Source: Raillietiella orientalis (lineage: Eukaryota). From it: 64,000 nucleotides of DNA. Positions 35,061-48,039 of the stretch are shown in pieces; position 1 is the stretch's first letter; the number at the start of each line of letters is the position of its first letter. The stretch covers positions 3,596,001 through 3,660,000 of the forward strand of contig JAYWIR010000001.1 of NCBI GenBank assembly GCA_036172245.1. Direction: 5' to 3'. A program made the position numbers and the translations under genes. Below the pieces are notes generated by a model. The model was not told the DNA's origin and searched no databases. It worked only from the letters and a program-made list of their open reading frames with translations.

Positions 35061-36578
35061 CGTGAATTATTTAAATCGACTGTGAAAAAGAAAGTGGCGA
35101 AGGCTTAGATGTTCACACTGAGTTGGTCGCAGTTTCAGTTGGCCATGGTGTTGGATCGGTCGTTGCACGGTTGGCTGCAGTTTGGCCCGCCGCGGTTGTC
35201 TCAACGGGTTGCTCATGATTTTGGTTCCTCCTAGTTTAGTTGGTGTTCATGGTACAGCTAGGCACAGTGAACTTGGTCGAAGTTTGAGTGGTCACGATTC
35301 GCTTGGTGACTCTTCTTTTGCTCTTTTAGTGTCTTTATAGTGTCGCCGAATGGGTATGAATGGAAAAGAACCTTTCAGAGCAGTCCCTGAAAAGCGACTA
35401 CTTGTCGTGTAGAGAGCAAACAAGAGAACTCCAAGTGAGGATCAGGTTCTTCAATTGAGGATGTTTACCGTTCATCTTCGCGGATTTCCTGTTAACCAAG
35501 ATTCTGCCACAAAGGAACCGATCATCCCCCGATCAGGTGAGGTGGAACGTCGCGAAAGCGCAACGAGGAAATCTGTGCGATGCAGTGCAATGAACATGCT
35601 CAAAAGACAGCACTGTAATGAACTTCTCAGAGGAAACAGCATCGAGTGATGCCGTGGGATTTTTGCTTTGAACGAGAAGGCCAGCTGAGCACAAGAGAGG
35701 CCAGTTGAACGACAAGACTAGTTGAGCATCAGAAAGGCAAGGATTCCTCAAACTTGCACCTACGAGACAGCAAGCTATCACCCCTGGTATCTTCCACACG
35801 GTACCTTTCGAAGTGATAGTTTCGAAGGATGGCGGAAGAGAGGAATACGAGTTGCCAACGCAGATTGGCTTGAAGGAGTCCGCTGCATGGAAAATCCTGA
35901 TTTGTCAATCAGTGGGTGGTAATCAAATGCTGGTGACCAGAGCTTCGAATCCTTAAAGAAGGGCCCTCATTCTCAGATCGTGGTCAGGTGGAAAGAGAAG
36001 GAGGAGACCACCCTTGAACAAGACGCCTAAATGCTCGAATTAAGGAAATGGAAGGAAGGATTAAGGAAGGATTTCGAAGAAAGATGCACAATGGTGCAGG
36101 AGAGTTGAAATCCAGAATGATCCAACCATGAAGCGTTCTTCTATGCAAAAAGATGAAAGGAATTGGAGAGGAAAGGAGGGCTCAGGTTGATAAACGGAGC
36201 GGGCGGATCAGCTCTTCCGCGTTGCGTATGCACACGATGCACCCAGCATTCTCTGCACGGGAATTTTTGAGTAATAATTTTCGAGGCCTCTGGCGGGGTA
36301 CCGTTGACGGCAGGAGCAAGACAGCGTCGCAGCTTCCCTAAAACTTTTTTCCTGAGCGCAAGGGGAGGCAGAACGTGAATCCTGGACCGTGAACTTTCCG
36401 GATGATCCTCTGACCCCTACAAAAGTCACCCCTTTTGACTGGTTCCTAAGAGATCCTCTGTCCGTCTCCTGAAAGTCTGCCGCCCCAAGTCTTCCAAGAG
36501 GCTCACCCTGGAACGCTGGTCCTCCAGGTGCCCAGAGACCACCTTTCCTTACAGGTCGGACCGCCAGAGAGTCCGTAG

Positions 36579-36584
36579 TTTATT
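36579..36584 (-). promoter_or_regulatory. Candidate polyadenylation signal (AATAAA) of the Ig gene
   Basis: tttatt on the plus strand, about 325 nt downstream of the stop codon. Confidence 0.4.
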
Positions 36585-36907
36585 GATTCCGCAGCTGCTG
36601 CTCTAGAAGAGACAGCATCATCCCCCTCTTCGGTCTCATTTCATGGGTGGGAGAGGGGAGTGAACCGCCTACTACAGGCACGCGCGTGGCTGTTGTCTTT
36701 TACATAAGATACTCCGGATGGCGCTTCGATTCCTGAAGAACGGTTTCTTCTTGCTTCTTCGGTCCGGCCGGCCCTGGTGACACCTCCTCTCGCGCCGTCT
36801 CCTTGCACAGGAGAGCAAGCAAGGGGTGTCCTGGACGTCGTCCGGGCGTTCGACCGGACGTCCCCTGGTGAGGCATTCCACGAAAGACACAGGACCTGCT
36901 TCCACTC

Positions 36908-37026
36908 CTAGCGAAGATCCTGCGACTTTCCAAAGGAGAGGCCGAGCAGGAAGCTGAGGCAGACGACGAGCAGTGCCGCCTCCGCCGTGCTGGAGGAGGC
37001 CGAGGACCCTCGTGAGAGGTCCGGCG
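36908..37026 (-). CDS. Ig gene last exon (GPI-signal or membrane-anchor-like C-terminus)
   Basis: Acceptor ttcgcttgtttcag, phase 1. Peptide APDLSRGSSASSSTAEAALLVVCLSFLLGLSFGKSQDLR*. Confidence 0.7.
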
Positions 37027-40000
37027 CTGAAACAAGCGAAGGATAGCAGCGGCTTCCGGGTGCGAGGGACTCCCCATCCTTTGCCTCCGGCGAAGACGAC
37101 TGTCGGAGGATCCCCCCACCTCGGGAGATTTCCGTTACTTCCTCTCTCCGCCTTCTTGGAGACGGGCGGCTCTTGCTGGAGAGCGCCACGACTTGGGGAG
37201 TCCGTGCTCCCAGAACAGTGGCCTCGCCTTCCGAGAGTCCGCAGGAGGTAATGCTATCGACGGGGGAAGAGGGCAAGACCACTTTTCTTATCCCCCTTTC
37301 CGAGCATCTCATGTGAGGCTGCTGGTTGCACGGGATGAAGGCCGAAGGCCTTCTGCATCCTCCCGCAGCCGACCCTCCACCCACCCGAGACCCTGCTAGC
37401 AGGAAATGATCCCTGGAGGAACGGAGGCCACCCGGAGTTTCAATCCCTCAATCAGTAGAAACGGAAGAGGACCCTGGAGCACTTCTCTCGGACCGGAAGC
37501 GGAAGCGTTATGAAGGACGCGTTGTATCCGGTCACCAGAACAACACGTACGCGCGCGGAGGGAAGGCAGCAGTGAGCGGGGAAGGAAGGGGGGGGGGGGA
37601 AATGGCCCCTTACGGATTCGAAGAGAACGAGGGATCAGAGAAGGAATAGGGATGGGAAAGGAGGTGAGGATGTGGGTGAGGGTGCTGAAGGTTACGGAAA
37701 TGGGGACGAGGATCAGAGAGAGCACAGGCAACGGTGAAGAGGGGGGAGGTAAAACCGGGCTAAGAATAAAACGGCAAGTGGAGGTGCGGTGGCGGAAAGA
37801 CCGAGGACGGGCGCGAATATAAGGGGACTGCTGTACGAGTGCAGCATGCGGTGAAGTGAGGATCGGAGTGGAACATGTATAAGGGAGGAATTGGGTGGTA
37901 GGAATGGGAGTGGTGTGGGAGTAGGATAGAAGCGGGAAGCCAGGTTAGGAGTGAGGGAGGAAGCAGGCATGGGGAAGGATGAAGGCAGGGCCGATGTTAG
38001 GAGCGAGAGAGGGTCACGTAGTCCCGTGAGATCCCCCGCCGAGGAAGCGTGAACGTCGCTGCATGAGGGACTAGTCTGTGCTCGGTTTCTTGAGAACACC
38101 GGAGCGCTCGAAGAGACCAAACCAAAGGCCACTAGATGGCCGCTGGACTGGGTGGGGCACGGCGAGGGGGAGCTTCCATTCTCCCAGTCTCTCTACAGCG
38201 AGTCATCTGTAACCCGAGATTGCGACCCATAAAGGAGGCGTATTGAACGTATTGTGCTGGGCAGGAGAGTCCCTGACCACGGTAGCGCGCAGACCACTGA
38301 GCGACGGAGGGACGTCGCAGGATGAGGGGAATATTGGATGGGTAGTGGTGGCAGTGGAGGAAGCTGTCGCAAGGCAGAACGACCGCTGCGGGGAAGAGTC
38401 ATGGTGAGCAGCTGGAAGTCACTCTCGAGCAAAGGAGGGCTGCTTTTCGATATCCCGAGGGGCCTTGCCGGGAGGAACCCACCCCTCTCTCCAGTTGGGA
38501 ATTTCTTTACTCGGAACTCCTGGAGGAAGATGCGTGTCAGAGGAACACGTTCCGTACAAGCGCAGAAGGGGGAGTACGGAGGGCATGACAATCGCTGCAT
38601 CCCTTCTGCAGCCAGGACGAAGGAATAAGGGAAAAGCGTGAGAAGGAGACGAATTGAACTCGGGTGGGAGGTGTGGTCCGGCGCGCTTTTGGTTCGGAGC
38701 TTCTTCCAGCGAGTTTCCGGGCGCAGTCCCCTCTCCAAGTCCAAAGGCGCCGGAAAAAAAGGAAAGGAGGAATAAGAGTCGATTGTTAAAGTGATCTCCA
38801 CCACTATCGCCCATGGAGTCTAAGAGCAGCTCTCAAGCGAAGGAAGTGCTTGTCCCAAAAAAGCAGGAAAGGAGCGACCGGGAGCCAAAGCTCTCCATCT
38901 CGACTTCCGCCTCTACTCCCTTATCCCGCAGTTCATCCAGAAAGATCTCGAATCGCTCGTAACTGAGATGAGTTTGCTGAGCAGGGTCCTCCGGAATCGA
39001 GCAGAAGCAGTCGAGAACTCCAAGGGAAACTTGGACGACGCGGAAGCCGATTGAGCGAACGCTCTCCCCCCTCCCAGGAGCAAACCGCGCTTCTACAGAC
39101 CAGCGGTGGAACCTCCAGAGATCATCGAGTTTCCTGTTTTCCATCCTCAGACGGAAAGGGAAGAGGAGGAAGGAAGGGACGGGGAAGGGAAGAAGAAAAG
39201 AAAGAGGAAGAGGAGGAAGGGAGAAGTGAAGAGGGAAAAGGAAGAGAGGAGGAGGGTAGCAAAGTAGCTGCTAAAGCAGTAGAGGTAGACCAGTATTAGT
39301 GCTAGTACCAGCATTAGTTGAACGGGGATGAAGGGCGGGAAGGAAGAAGGTGCTCCGAGGTTCCCTGGAAGCGGCGTACCTGGCCTGTAGTTGGCTGCCC
39401 TGGAAACGACGTAGTCGGTCTGCGGGATGGTCAGCAGGCACTCGAAGATGGTCTCGGCATGCGGTGAGCCCTCTTGAAGGGTCGAGTAGACGGAGACGTC
39501 GTACCTGCCGTCTCTTCGCACGGATCGTACCTCCCCCTCGAGGACGTCCTGTCTGGAAGGAACCAATCGCAACAGCTGGCAAGACGATGGGGGAGGAAGT
39601 TTTCGTGGCGATGCTTCTCGGGAGGAAATGGAGCGGCGTTGGCGCCACTGAGCGCCCGTGATTCGTGTTTCGCGCTGAGAGAAAAAGCGCATCCCCAAGA
39701 AAACCCTCCGGCAGCGCGGTTTGGTCACATCAGTAAGGGGTATTCGACTTGACCGTTCTTTTTCCGAAGAACGATCGCATTTTTCGAAACGCATTTGAAT
39801 TGCTGGCTAGGCAAAGGGCCCATCGTGAGTAGGGTTTTCCTGGGCGGCACTTCCGGAGAAGCTTCGCTTGGACACCCCGACAGTGGTCAGGAGCGATGCA
39901 AAAGGGGGAATGCGAGTGTGCGGTCCAGCGAGGTCGGCTCGTTGTTGGTAGAATTCAGAACCGCGAGAAGAGAAAACCCTCTTCTTCCTCTTCCTGCATC

Positions 40001-43000
40001 TATCATCCACAACCTAATGGTCCTTCTTTCAAGGAGTCCACAGAATGCAAGGCTACTGCTTCTTGCCCTTTTTGGTTAGGCTGCGGGTGACCACGGTGGC
40101 TCCGTCTGCGATGCAAGTATCGCTCCAGGATTCTTAAAATATCATGTTCCCTCGAGAAGGGAGAGATTCTCTCTGCGCTCCCGGGTGTTCTCCCTTTCCT
40201 CTTCCTCCCAAAAGTCTTCCTTCGTTTCCGGACCCAATCCTTCAGCTTCCGAGAACTCCCTTTCCTCTTGACCGGAAATTGCGCAGAAAGCAAAGGAACG
40301 GTGCCATTGGAGCGAGCACTTCCAAGCGGGAGTCTCTTTCCTGATCCACTTCTCGGTAGCTCGCGCTGCTGGAGCGACCCCGTAGCTCCAGGGCACAGAG
40401 GTGCTTCCGTGGATGCGCGATGTTCTGCGCAAAGCAGCTTCCGTACCGCTTTTCATCATTCTCATCTCTCGCTCCCCGCGCAAACCAGACAGTCCCCGAG
40501 CCCGAACGATGAAGAGCCGTGGGGTGCCCTCTCGATGGAAAGGATCCAAAGACGCGTCAGTCATTCTGACCTCGAAGAAAACTCGAGAACCGGTAGGTGT
40601 TGAGAGCCTTGCTCTTTTTCCAATGAACGCGGAAGGGATGACGCAACAAGAAAAGGGTGCAATCCCTCTCACTAATGGGTGAGCTACTCCCCGATGGTAA
40701 AAATTAAGAATACACCCTTCACCTCCCCTGTCTTCGAAGAGGCGCCGCTGGCTGTTGAGTCAACCCGCCCCCACTTAGAAGGGAGTAGGCAACACCCTGT
40801 GACGAGCTTGGTCAGAGCCTTCGGGTGGTCAGGCGACTGGGTCTCCGAGTCTGTACTGCTGCTGCAAGTGGTTTTAGGGGCAGGGGATGGTACCTACTTC
40901 GCGCTTTGCAGGCTGCTAAGTGAAGGCATTCGCTACCCGGGCCAGAGGCATTCGGACCTGAGGATGCCTGCAACGAGGGTGACGGATGAACCATGTGCCA
41001 AAGAGAGAAAGCCTCGAGAGTTCCGACTGCCTCCAGGATCGAAGGGACTGGCGCGCCATTCTTAGTGGGGACGGTGACCTTCGCGGGAGACCCTTCCAGA
41101 CGGCTACCCTAGACGGTGCCCGCGTTCCAGCCTGCGGTCCCGAGCCCAAGCGCCTCTTCGCCTGTCTGTGCGAGGGCGGCCGGACCGATGAGTGCGCGTA
41201 GCTTCCACGCGCTTGCTTGACAGTCGAGACCGAAGGTGCACGCGCCCCTTAGGGGATCCCTACGAGGAGCTGCCGAACCTCGAACGCCGCCACGATGCAG
41301 CCTCTCCCCAGGGTGACGATGTTCTGGACACGGCTCCGTCCCTCCGCTTCGCGTACCCTTCTTTCATGACTTCTCGAACGTGAAGGTGGAGCCGTCGTTA
41401 TCCTATGGGTGATGATGGGGTTGAGGCGGCTTTCCAGAGCCAACTCTCTAGAAAGTACTACTCTGGAAAGGTGCGGCGGTGGATAGACTGGCTCCTGCGC
41501 AACTTGCCCAATATGGAACTCAACCGTGTGCATCCTAGTGCTCCTGGAGCGGATGGACGTCGCCCAAAACGGGAAACCCCAGATGGCAAAGAGCATCTCT
41601 CCGAATCTTCCGCAAGGTCTCCGAAGTCTTTCCCTCCAAGCAACCGCTGAGGTTGCCAGGGGTGCTTGCCGCACGGACTGACTCGGATCCCTCACGGGAG
41701 AAATAAAAAATCGCTTCCTACGGATGCTGTGACCCGCATGACCTACTGGCTTTTTGTACCCCCTCCTCCCTGCCACCCCTTCCTCACATCTCTACTCTTC
41801 CGTTTTTATTCCGCCTCTTCCTTTTGATCCCTGGGTCTTCGGCGGGAGCCCACACGTTGTTCCAGGGAGCCACTGATGGGTAGCGCAGTGCCCGTCTGGC
41901 TACCTGTTGTAGCCCTCCCGACTCTTCTTGGCATCCTCATCGGCAGTCTGCGACACGCGCAACCCCACTCCCATTTTTGCTTCTCTTCGTTTCATAAGAG
42001 ATCCGGTGGAAGGAAATGAGAAACTTCCGGAATCTCCTGCTGCTCCCTAGAGGCCCCTCTCGGGCAAGGGGGGATCGATTCATCATGAGTCGTCGCCATC
42101 TTCCTCCCTGAATTCCTTCGGGTTACTCTGAATGAAGTTCATCATGATGGTCTAGGCAGCATCCAGTCGAGGCCAGCAGGAGGAGTCTCCATCCGCTCGG
42201 TTTGTGAAGACGGCAGGAATCGCTGGACACTTCGTCCATTTCCTTCCGGGTTCTGCGTTCCTTGAGAAAACTTTCTCCGAGTCCCCTGGGAAGGGGGGAA
42301 CGGACAGGCTCCCTCCCTGCAGGCAGGAACAGAGGGAGCGGAGCCAGAGAAAAGCTTTGGGGACCGAGCCGGTAGCAAGGTCAAGGGAGGAAGAAAAGGA
42401 ACCAGTCGGGCAGTAAGGGAGCCAGGCCTGCTTCGCGTGACCTTAGGCCTCCGGACACGCACGTGGTCCGCGAATGTGCTTGACGGCTTTTTCGCCTTCC
42501 AAGGCGCTCACAAGCACGTCGGAGCCACCTCGCGCGAAAGCGAAGGTCAGCTGGTCCGAGATGGCCGTCCAGAGGTGGAAGAAGGTGGAGGGTGGGTGGG
42601 AACTGGTCCCTGGCTCCTAGGAGGAGGCAGAAACGATTCCTTCCCGAGGCATCCATGGAGCGGAGCGGAACGGAAGAACGCAATCGGAAGGATGAATGAC
42701 TTCGATGCCCGAGTACTCAGGTGGCATGACTTCACCCAAGAACGAGATCTCCCGGAAGAAATGACGCAGTGCTCTTGAGCTCGGCAAAGCCGCTGAATCT
42801 AGGGGAAGACCTTTCGCATCCGGTCGGTCGCTTGAATACCAGAATCACGAGTACCGTCTCTTTTTCGGAACCACCTCGCCCCTTCCCGGGTGACATCGCT
42901 CCTCGAGAGACGGGACATCGGTCGCTTGCGCACGAGCGACGAGATGACGCTCTCCTGGTCAGGTGCTCCGTGCCGCGGAGGATGCCATCGGCTTCCGGAT

Positions 43001-46000
43001 CGGAAAAGTCTTTGTTCGAGGACGACACGGCCTCGTGCCGTTTGGTCCTCGGCGCAGGATCGCCACCAGGACCGGTCGCGCAAGCCCCTCTAGAGCTGTT
43101 CAGGACGCTTTGCAGGAGCTGACGGCAGCACTTTGTGAGTCCTTCCTTCCCCAGAATGCTCTCTTAGGACCTGCATGCTCACCCCGCATCGGTAGTCGCG
43201 TCCTCCTCCCACACCTCTCCGCTATCTGCTGCCTCCTGCACGCCTCCTCCTTCGTTCTTCCGAAGCCAAACACGAAGGTGGACTGCGGACGGTCCCCACT
43301 CGCTCCTCGACCAACCAACTTTTTTTCTGCGCGTTCCATCGGAGGCTCACCTCTCTGTGGGAGCCACTGGGATCGACCCCTTCTCTCCCGCCACCATCGC
43401 TTGCAGCAGAGTCCGTCCTGGAGCGAGCTCGGTCACGGGGAAAACCCTCCAGAGGAAAACGCCGTATCCTTCCGCCTTCTCCAGGCACGGGAGGACACGA
43501 CGCGCACTCGGAATGCCGAGACTTTGGACAGTCCAAGGAAGCGTCAGGTCAGTGTCACGTCGCACAAGCATAGTACTGGTACACGACTTCGCACAGTCTG
43601 CCTAGTGGGCCGCTCACAGGCGGGCTTCTTACTGGTTGTACACAGAGAGACGCTCTCCCAGTGTGTACCGCTATGCAGAAGGCGGGATGTTTCGTCTGGA
43701 GGTCGACGAGAGGGCGCACCTGACCTACCCACCCACAGTAAGGTAACGACCTGGTTGCACGACACAAAGTGGACGATGGATAAACACTCGTGGATTTGAA
43801 GTATGATGGGTGTAGCGTCCAGTGATCGTGGCTGGGAAGAGAAGAGGAGACGCGCTGAAGGCTTTGCTGAATCACTTGCTCTTGTTCTTCCCGTCTACCA
43901 CCGCCCAAGCGACCTCCTGCTCTCCTGCTTTGCACCTGATGTTCCAGAGTGCTTTCTCCCGAAAAGAGGAGACCGCAACATCTTCCCGTCACGGCTGGGA
44001 TGGATGGAGAGAGGGAGGGAAAAGTAAGTCTTCTCTTTTTCCCCTCCCTTATTCCTAAACTCGGGAGACGACGGGGACGAGAGGAGCTGGAGAAGACGCT
44101 GGCGACCCTTCCTGGAGGCAAACGACGGAGGCTGCCCCTGCCGCCAAGGAAGGAGGGCAAGCGGATCGTGTGAAGGATCGGGAATCGAGAGTGGGAGGGG
44201 GACGAAAGGAAAAGTTACCTCCCGGGATGCCGGGCATCTCTCCTGCGCAGAGTTATCCTGGGCTCCGGGAAGGCGCCCGCTGCCGCACAGCTGACGTTGA
44301 TAGCACCTTCTCGAGGGGTCGAGTAAGAGAGCTCCAAGCTCCTCGGTGGCGCTACGAGCGAACCAGAGAGTGAGATATGGACGGAGAATAAATAAGAACG
44401 GGAATGGGGAAGGGATAAGGAAGACCCTTTGACGGCAGGGTCGGGAACAGCCGATGGAAAACGGGGGGAGGGACCGACCGCACTTACAATAGACTATCAT
44501 CTTCCTGGTGGAGGCGTCCTCCCCGTAGAAAGTGGACACTCGGCACGTGTAGTTCCCGCTGAGCTCCGGGGACGGGTGGAGGATGCGCATCGCGCGGTGG
44601 GCCTGGTGAGGGTCGCCGGAGACCCTGTGGGTCAGGTCCAGCCTTCCTCGCAGCGCGCCCAGGTCCTGGGGCTCCTTTCGCGGGATCCACTGGTAGACGG
44701 GGGTGTGCTGGTCGTTTAGGTACCACTGCAGCACCAGTCCCGCCTTCTCGCGCTCGCGGACCTCGTAGATGCAGTCCAGGACCACGGGTCTTCCAGATCC
44801 GGACTCCACCGAGGGGGGCACCGCAAGATCCAGGATGCGCAGCGCTCCTGCAGCACCTGGAAAAAGGGCACGAAGACCTTCGAAGAATCCCTTCCCCCCC
44901 CCCCCCCCTAGTGGTGCCCAATCCTCACATCCACCCTCGCCTGTCCTTTCGATCCAAGGAGGTACGGAGCTCGAGTCCTTCATAGGGAGGATGAAGAGGA
45001 AGAGGGAGGAGACAGCGGGTTTCAGCAGCGGTACCGGTAGAAACGGCGACGCCACAGAGACAAGAGCTGGGACGCTCTGAGAAGCCTGATGAACGCTAAG
45101 ACGACTTTCACGCCTCCCGAGGGTGCAAAGTCACGGCAGTACCACCTAACGAAGAAGGAATTTCTAGGACGAAGGTGGTCTACAGCAAGAAACCTCCCTG
45201 ACTCCAGAGGGACCGAGGGAGGTCCCAGGGCACGAGAGAGCATGTGGATAGTCATGAAGAGAAATAGGGGCGCAGAGACGGTGCCTGAAATGGGAGGGGG
45301 AAAAGGAAAAAAGAAGCCATGGCGGTCGCATCTCCTGGAAACTGCTTTGGGGGTCTCCCTTTTCTCGAGATGTTCTGACTGGGAGTGCAGCGGCGGGAGG
45401 AGGCTTCGATGACGGACTCCAAGGTACGTATGTCGCACACCGCTCCCTTCGAGAAGAAAGAAGAGGGATCCCCTCGCGACGAGACCCACTCAGTACTCCT
45501 GACCCTCTCCCTCTTCCGTTCGCAGGTCAGGGTATTTTTCTCGCACCCCTGGCATCTCGGTACTGATGCTTACCGAACAGGAAGCACGTGTCAGCGGCAT
45601 GAGGAGGAGAGCACAGGAAGAAGAGGAATTGGCTGCTATATGCTTTGTGGCCCTGGAAAGAGGAGGGAGGAGGAGAAAAAGTGCCTGCCTCGCCCTACTG
45701 CCTCGTGACAGGAGGAAGGGCCCAGAAGAAGGGAGCAGAAAGGACTGAGGCACATGACAGAGAGAGACAGAGAGGCACGAGGGATCTCGCTCACGCGGGG
45801 GCTATTTCTCCGCTAGTCTCCATGGAGACGGGGGAGGACTTCTATGCCGCCTGTTTGCTATAGCACGTGGCTACGGGAGCGCCTCTGAAGGGCTGAATGC
45901 CCATTCGGTCTTCGAGCGGGAAAGGCGGCGAGAAGTTTTGGCTGGGATGCCTGGAAGCTGGGGCATTCGCGCGTGTTCCCAGAAAGAAAACCCGCTGGAT

Positions 46001-48038
46001 GCCGTTTTGTTTCCATTCCCCCTCTTCTTTCCTGCATTTCCCTTGGCAACTGCCGATCGAAAGCTTCTTCCTCTTGCAGGAAAGGACAGCCCCTTATTCC
46101 TCCCGAGAGGACATTGATTTATTCCAACTCTGTGGGCGGGGAAACAACTCAAGGGCTTCCCTCCCGTCTCCTTCCCCTCTCCCATACCTAGCCCTACCTA
46201 CCCTTCTCCCTCCCCCTCCCTTCCGTGAGAAGGCAAACCGGGCTTACGAACGGGGGAAGGTGTGCGAAGCCTCCATCCCACCGGCGCGCGTCATCCGCAA
46301 CCAAGGACGATACCTCCTCGTCCTGGGGAGGAGAAGGAAGAGGAAGAAAGAAGGCAGCTGGGGTCTACCGCGGGGAAACGACTGGTCCAGAGGAGGACGC
46401 TGGTGAGCAAGAGCAAGAGGAAAGCGGAATCTTTTCCCTCTCTCTCTTTTTCTTTCCTCTACCTCTTTTAGAGAAAGAGACGGGAAGGGGGAAGTGTGGC
46501 AGCAGAGAGGGCTTGTTCACTCCGCGGCCCTGCGGGGTCACTCCTTTCCTTCCCTCCTCACTCGCTGACCCCTTTGCACAGCGTTCCTCCAGACGCCACC
46601 TCCGGCTCTCCGTCCCGACGAGGAGGAAGAGGAGGGGGAGGGGGAAAGGAGGAAGACGAGGAGGAGTGAACCGCACCCGAGGTCCTTCTCCCTCTTCCTC
46701 CTTCCCCTCTCCCTCCAGGAGAAGATTGCCTTTCCTGCCCTTCCTCCCTGCTCTTTCAGTAGAGCCTTCCGACAACTCCAGGAACCACCACAGGGAGCCG
46801 CGGAGTTTTCCCCGTCAAACGGACCAGGCAGACACCGAAACCGCTGAAAGAGGGTGAAAGACAAGGATAAGGGAGTGAGGAAGGAGATCTTGACTCACCG
46901 GCCTCTATCCCCCGCCTGCAGCGCCTCGGGTGTCGGGTCAGATGTGGGTCTTAGCGTTCCCTCCTCCCTCCTTGATCCTTCCCCCATCCTCATCCTTATC
47001 CCTTTCTTTCCGGAAACAGGGAACGAACAGAAATGGGCGCGACTCTCCTGCTCCTCCTTTCACTTCCCTCTCTCGATCGATTCCCGAATTCTTACGACGG
47101 GCCAACGGAAGGTGTCCTAGAAAAAGTCCTCAGCACAGGAGCGCTCTCCTATTCCTGACGCCTTGAACACTCCGAAGTCCTCAAGACGCGCGTCCTCCCC
47201 AGCGGAGCTTCGGAGCCGCTTCCTGCGACGGGCCTGGTTTCGCGGGATAGGGAAGGCGGTTAGCTCTGACAGCAACGGCACGCGTCTCGAAAGAAACAGG
47301 GGAACCGACACTTTTCCTACTTCTTCCCCTTCCTCCAATTCCTTTGAGACTGTTCCGAAGACCGGAGGCCATTCCAATGCCAAGTGGCTGCTCTTCTAGC
47401 CACCATTTCGGCCGGTGCTGCCGCCGAGCGCACCATCGCGACGAACTCCTTTCCTTCCTCACTAGCCGCTCCTCCCTCAACCTCCACTCCCCTTGGAGGG
47501 TGGGGGCAAACGAAAGGAGAGGATGAGCATGCGTCCGCTTCCAAGGGTGAGGAAGGGGAGGAGGCCCCTTCGGGAGCCACGGAAGACTGGAGACAGGCAA
47601 AAGATGAAAAGGAGGCACCGCGAGCGCCTCTCGCGGAGGTTTCGGCAGGCTGCGAAGGCGGAAGCTCGCTGGCAACCCTGACCCCGACCCTGTCGGCAAG
47701 GATCCGCCAGCCGGCGCTCCCTCTCGGTGCCTCTCGCTCTCGGGGCAATCGCCGTGATGGAGTGGAAGGTTTCGTTCCTTCGCGGAAAGGGAAGGAGGGA
47801 GGGGGGGCTGCAGCGGCACGTTCCTTCCCATCCAAGTTAAGATGGAAGGAAGGAAGTGGAGCGCATGGGGAGTCAAAGATGGAGCCATCGCGCGCGCGAC
47901 CCCGTAAACACAGCGCCCTCCTCTCAGCCAGGGAGAGGGCGGGAGCGACTACTCCCCGTTCCCAGTCCCTCTTTCTGTTCCCCACTGCTTCCCCAACTCA
48001 CCGATGAGGAAGAGCAGGCGGCATCCGGGGGTGACCAT
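36908..48038 (-). CDS. Two-Ig-domain cell-surface protein related to the arthropod Beat (beaten path) family. 5 exons: join(48002..48038,44488..44856,44219..44351,39380..39552,36908..37026), 276 aa
   Basis: All four introns are GT-AG with compatible phases (1,1,2,1). Exon lengths 37+369+133+173+119 = 831 nt are in frame to TAG. The product has a signal peptide, a V-type Ig, a second Ig and a hydrophobic C-terminus. Confidence 0.85.
39380..39552 (-). CDS. Ig gene exon 4 (second half of second Ig domain)
   Basis: Acceptor gttccttccag and donor gtacgc. Peptide QDVLEGEVRSVRRDGRYDVSVYSTLQEGSPHAETIFECLLTIPQTDYVVSRAANYRP supplies the second Cys. Confidence 0.85.
44219..44351 (-). CDS. Ig gene exon 3 (first half of second Ig domain)
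   Basis: Acceptor ttcgctcgtag and donor gtaact. Peptide SPPRSLELSYSTPREGAINVSCAAAGAFPEPRITL. Confidence 0.88.
44488..44856 (-). CDS. Ig gene exon 2 (V-type Ig domain)
   Basis: Acceptor ccctttttccag and donor gtaagt. Peptide LRILDLAVPPSV...VVLDCIY...GLVLQWY...PVYQWIP...ELSGNYTCRVSTF...MIVY has the canonical Cys, Trp and Y-x-C. Confidence 0.93.
48002..48038 (-). CDS. Ig gene exon 1 (signal peptide MVTPGCRLLFLI-G)
   Basis: The ATG at 48038 and donor G|gtgagt give phase 1. Joined to exon 2 it reads MVTPGCRLLFLIGAAGA-LRIL. An upstream in-frame ATG also exists. Confidence 0.6.
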
Positions 48039-48039
48039 G

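Noticed and set aside
43895..45055. 386-aa ORF as a single-exon CDS
   Set aside because: Only 44488-44856 is Ig-like. The flanks are intron read-through and the next exon is in another frame.
46899..46950. Alternative coding first exon of the Ig gene (minus-strand donor CG|gtgagt)
   Set aside because: No nearby ATG, signal peptide or good acceptor upstream. It could at most be non-coding.
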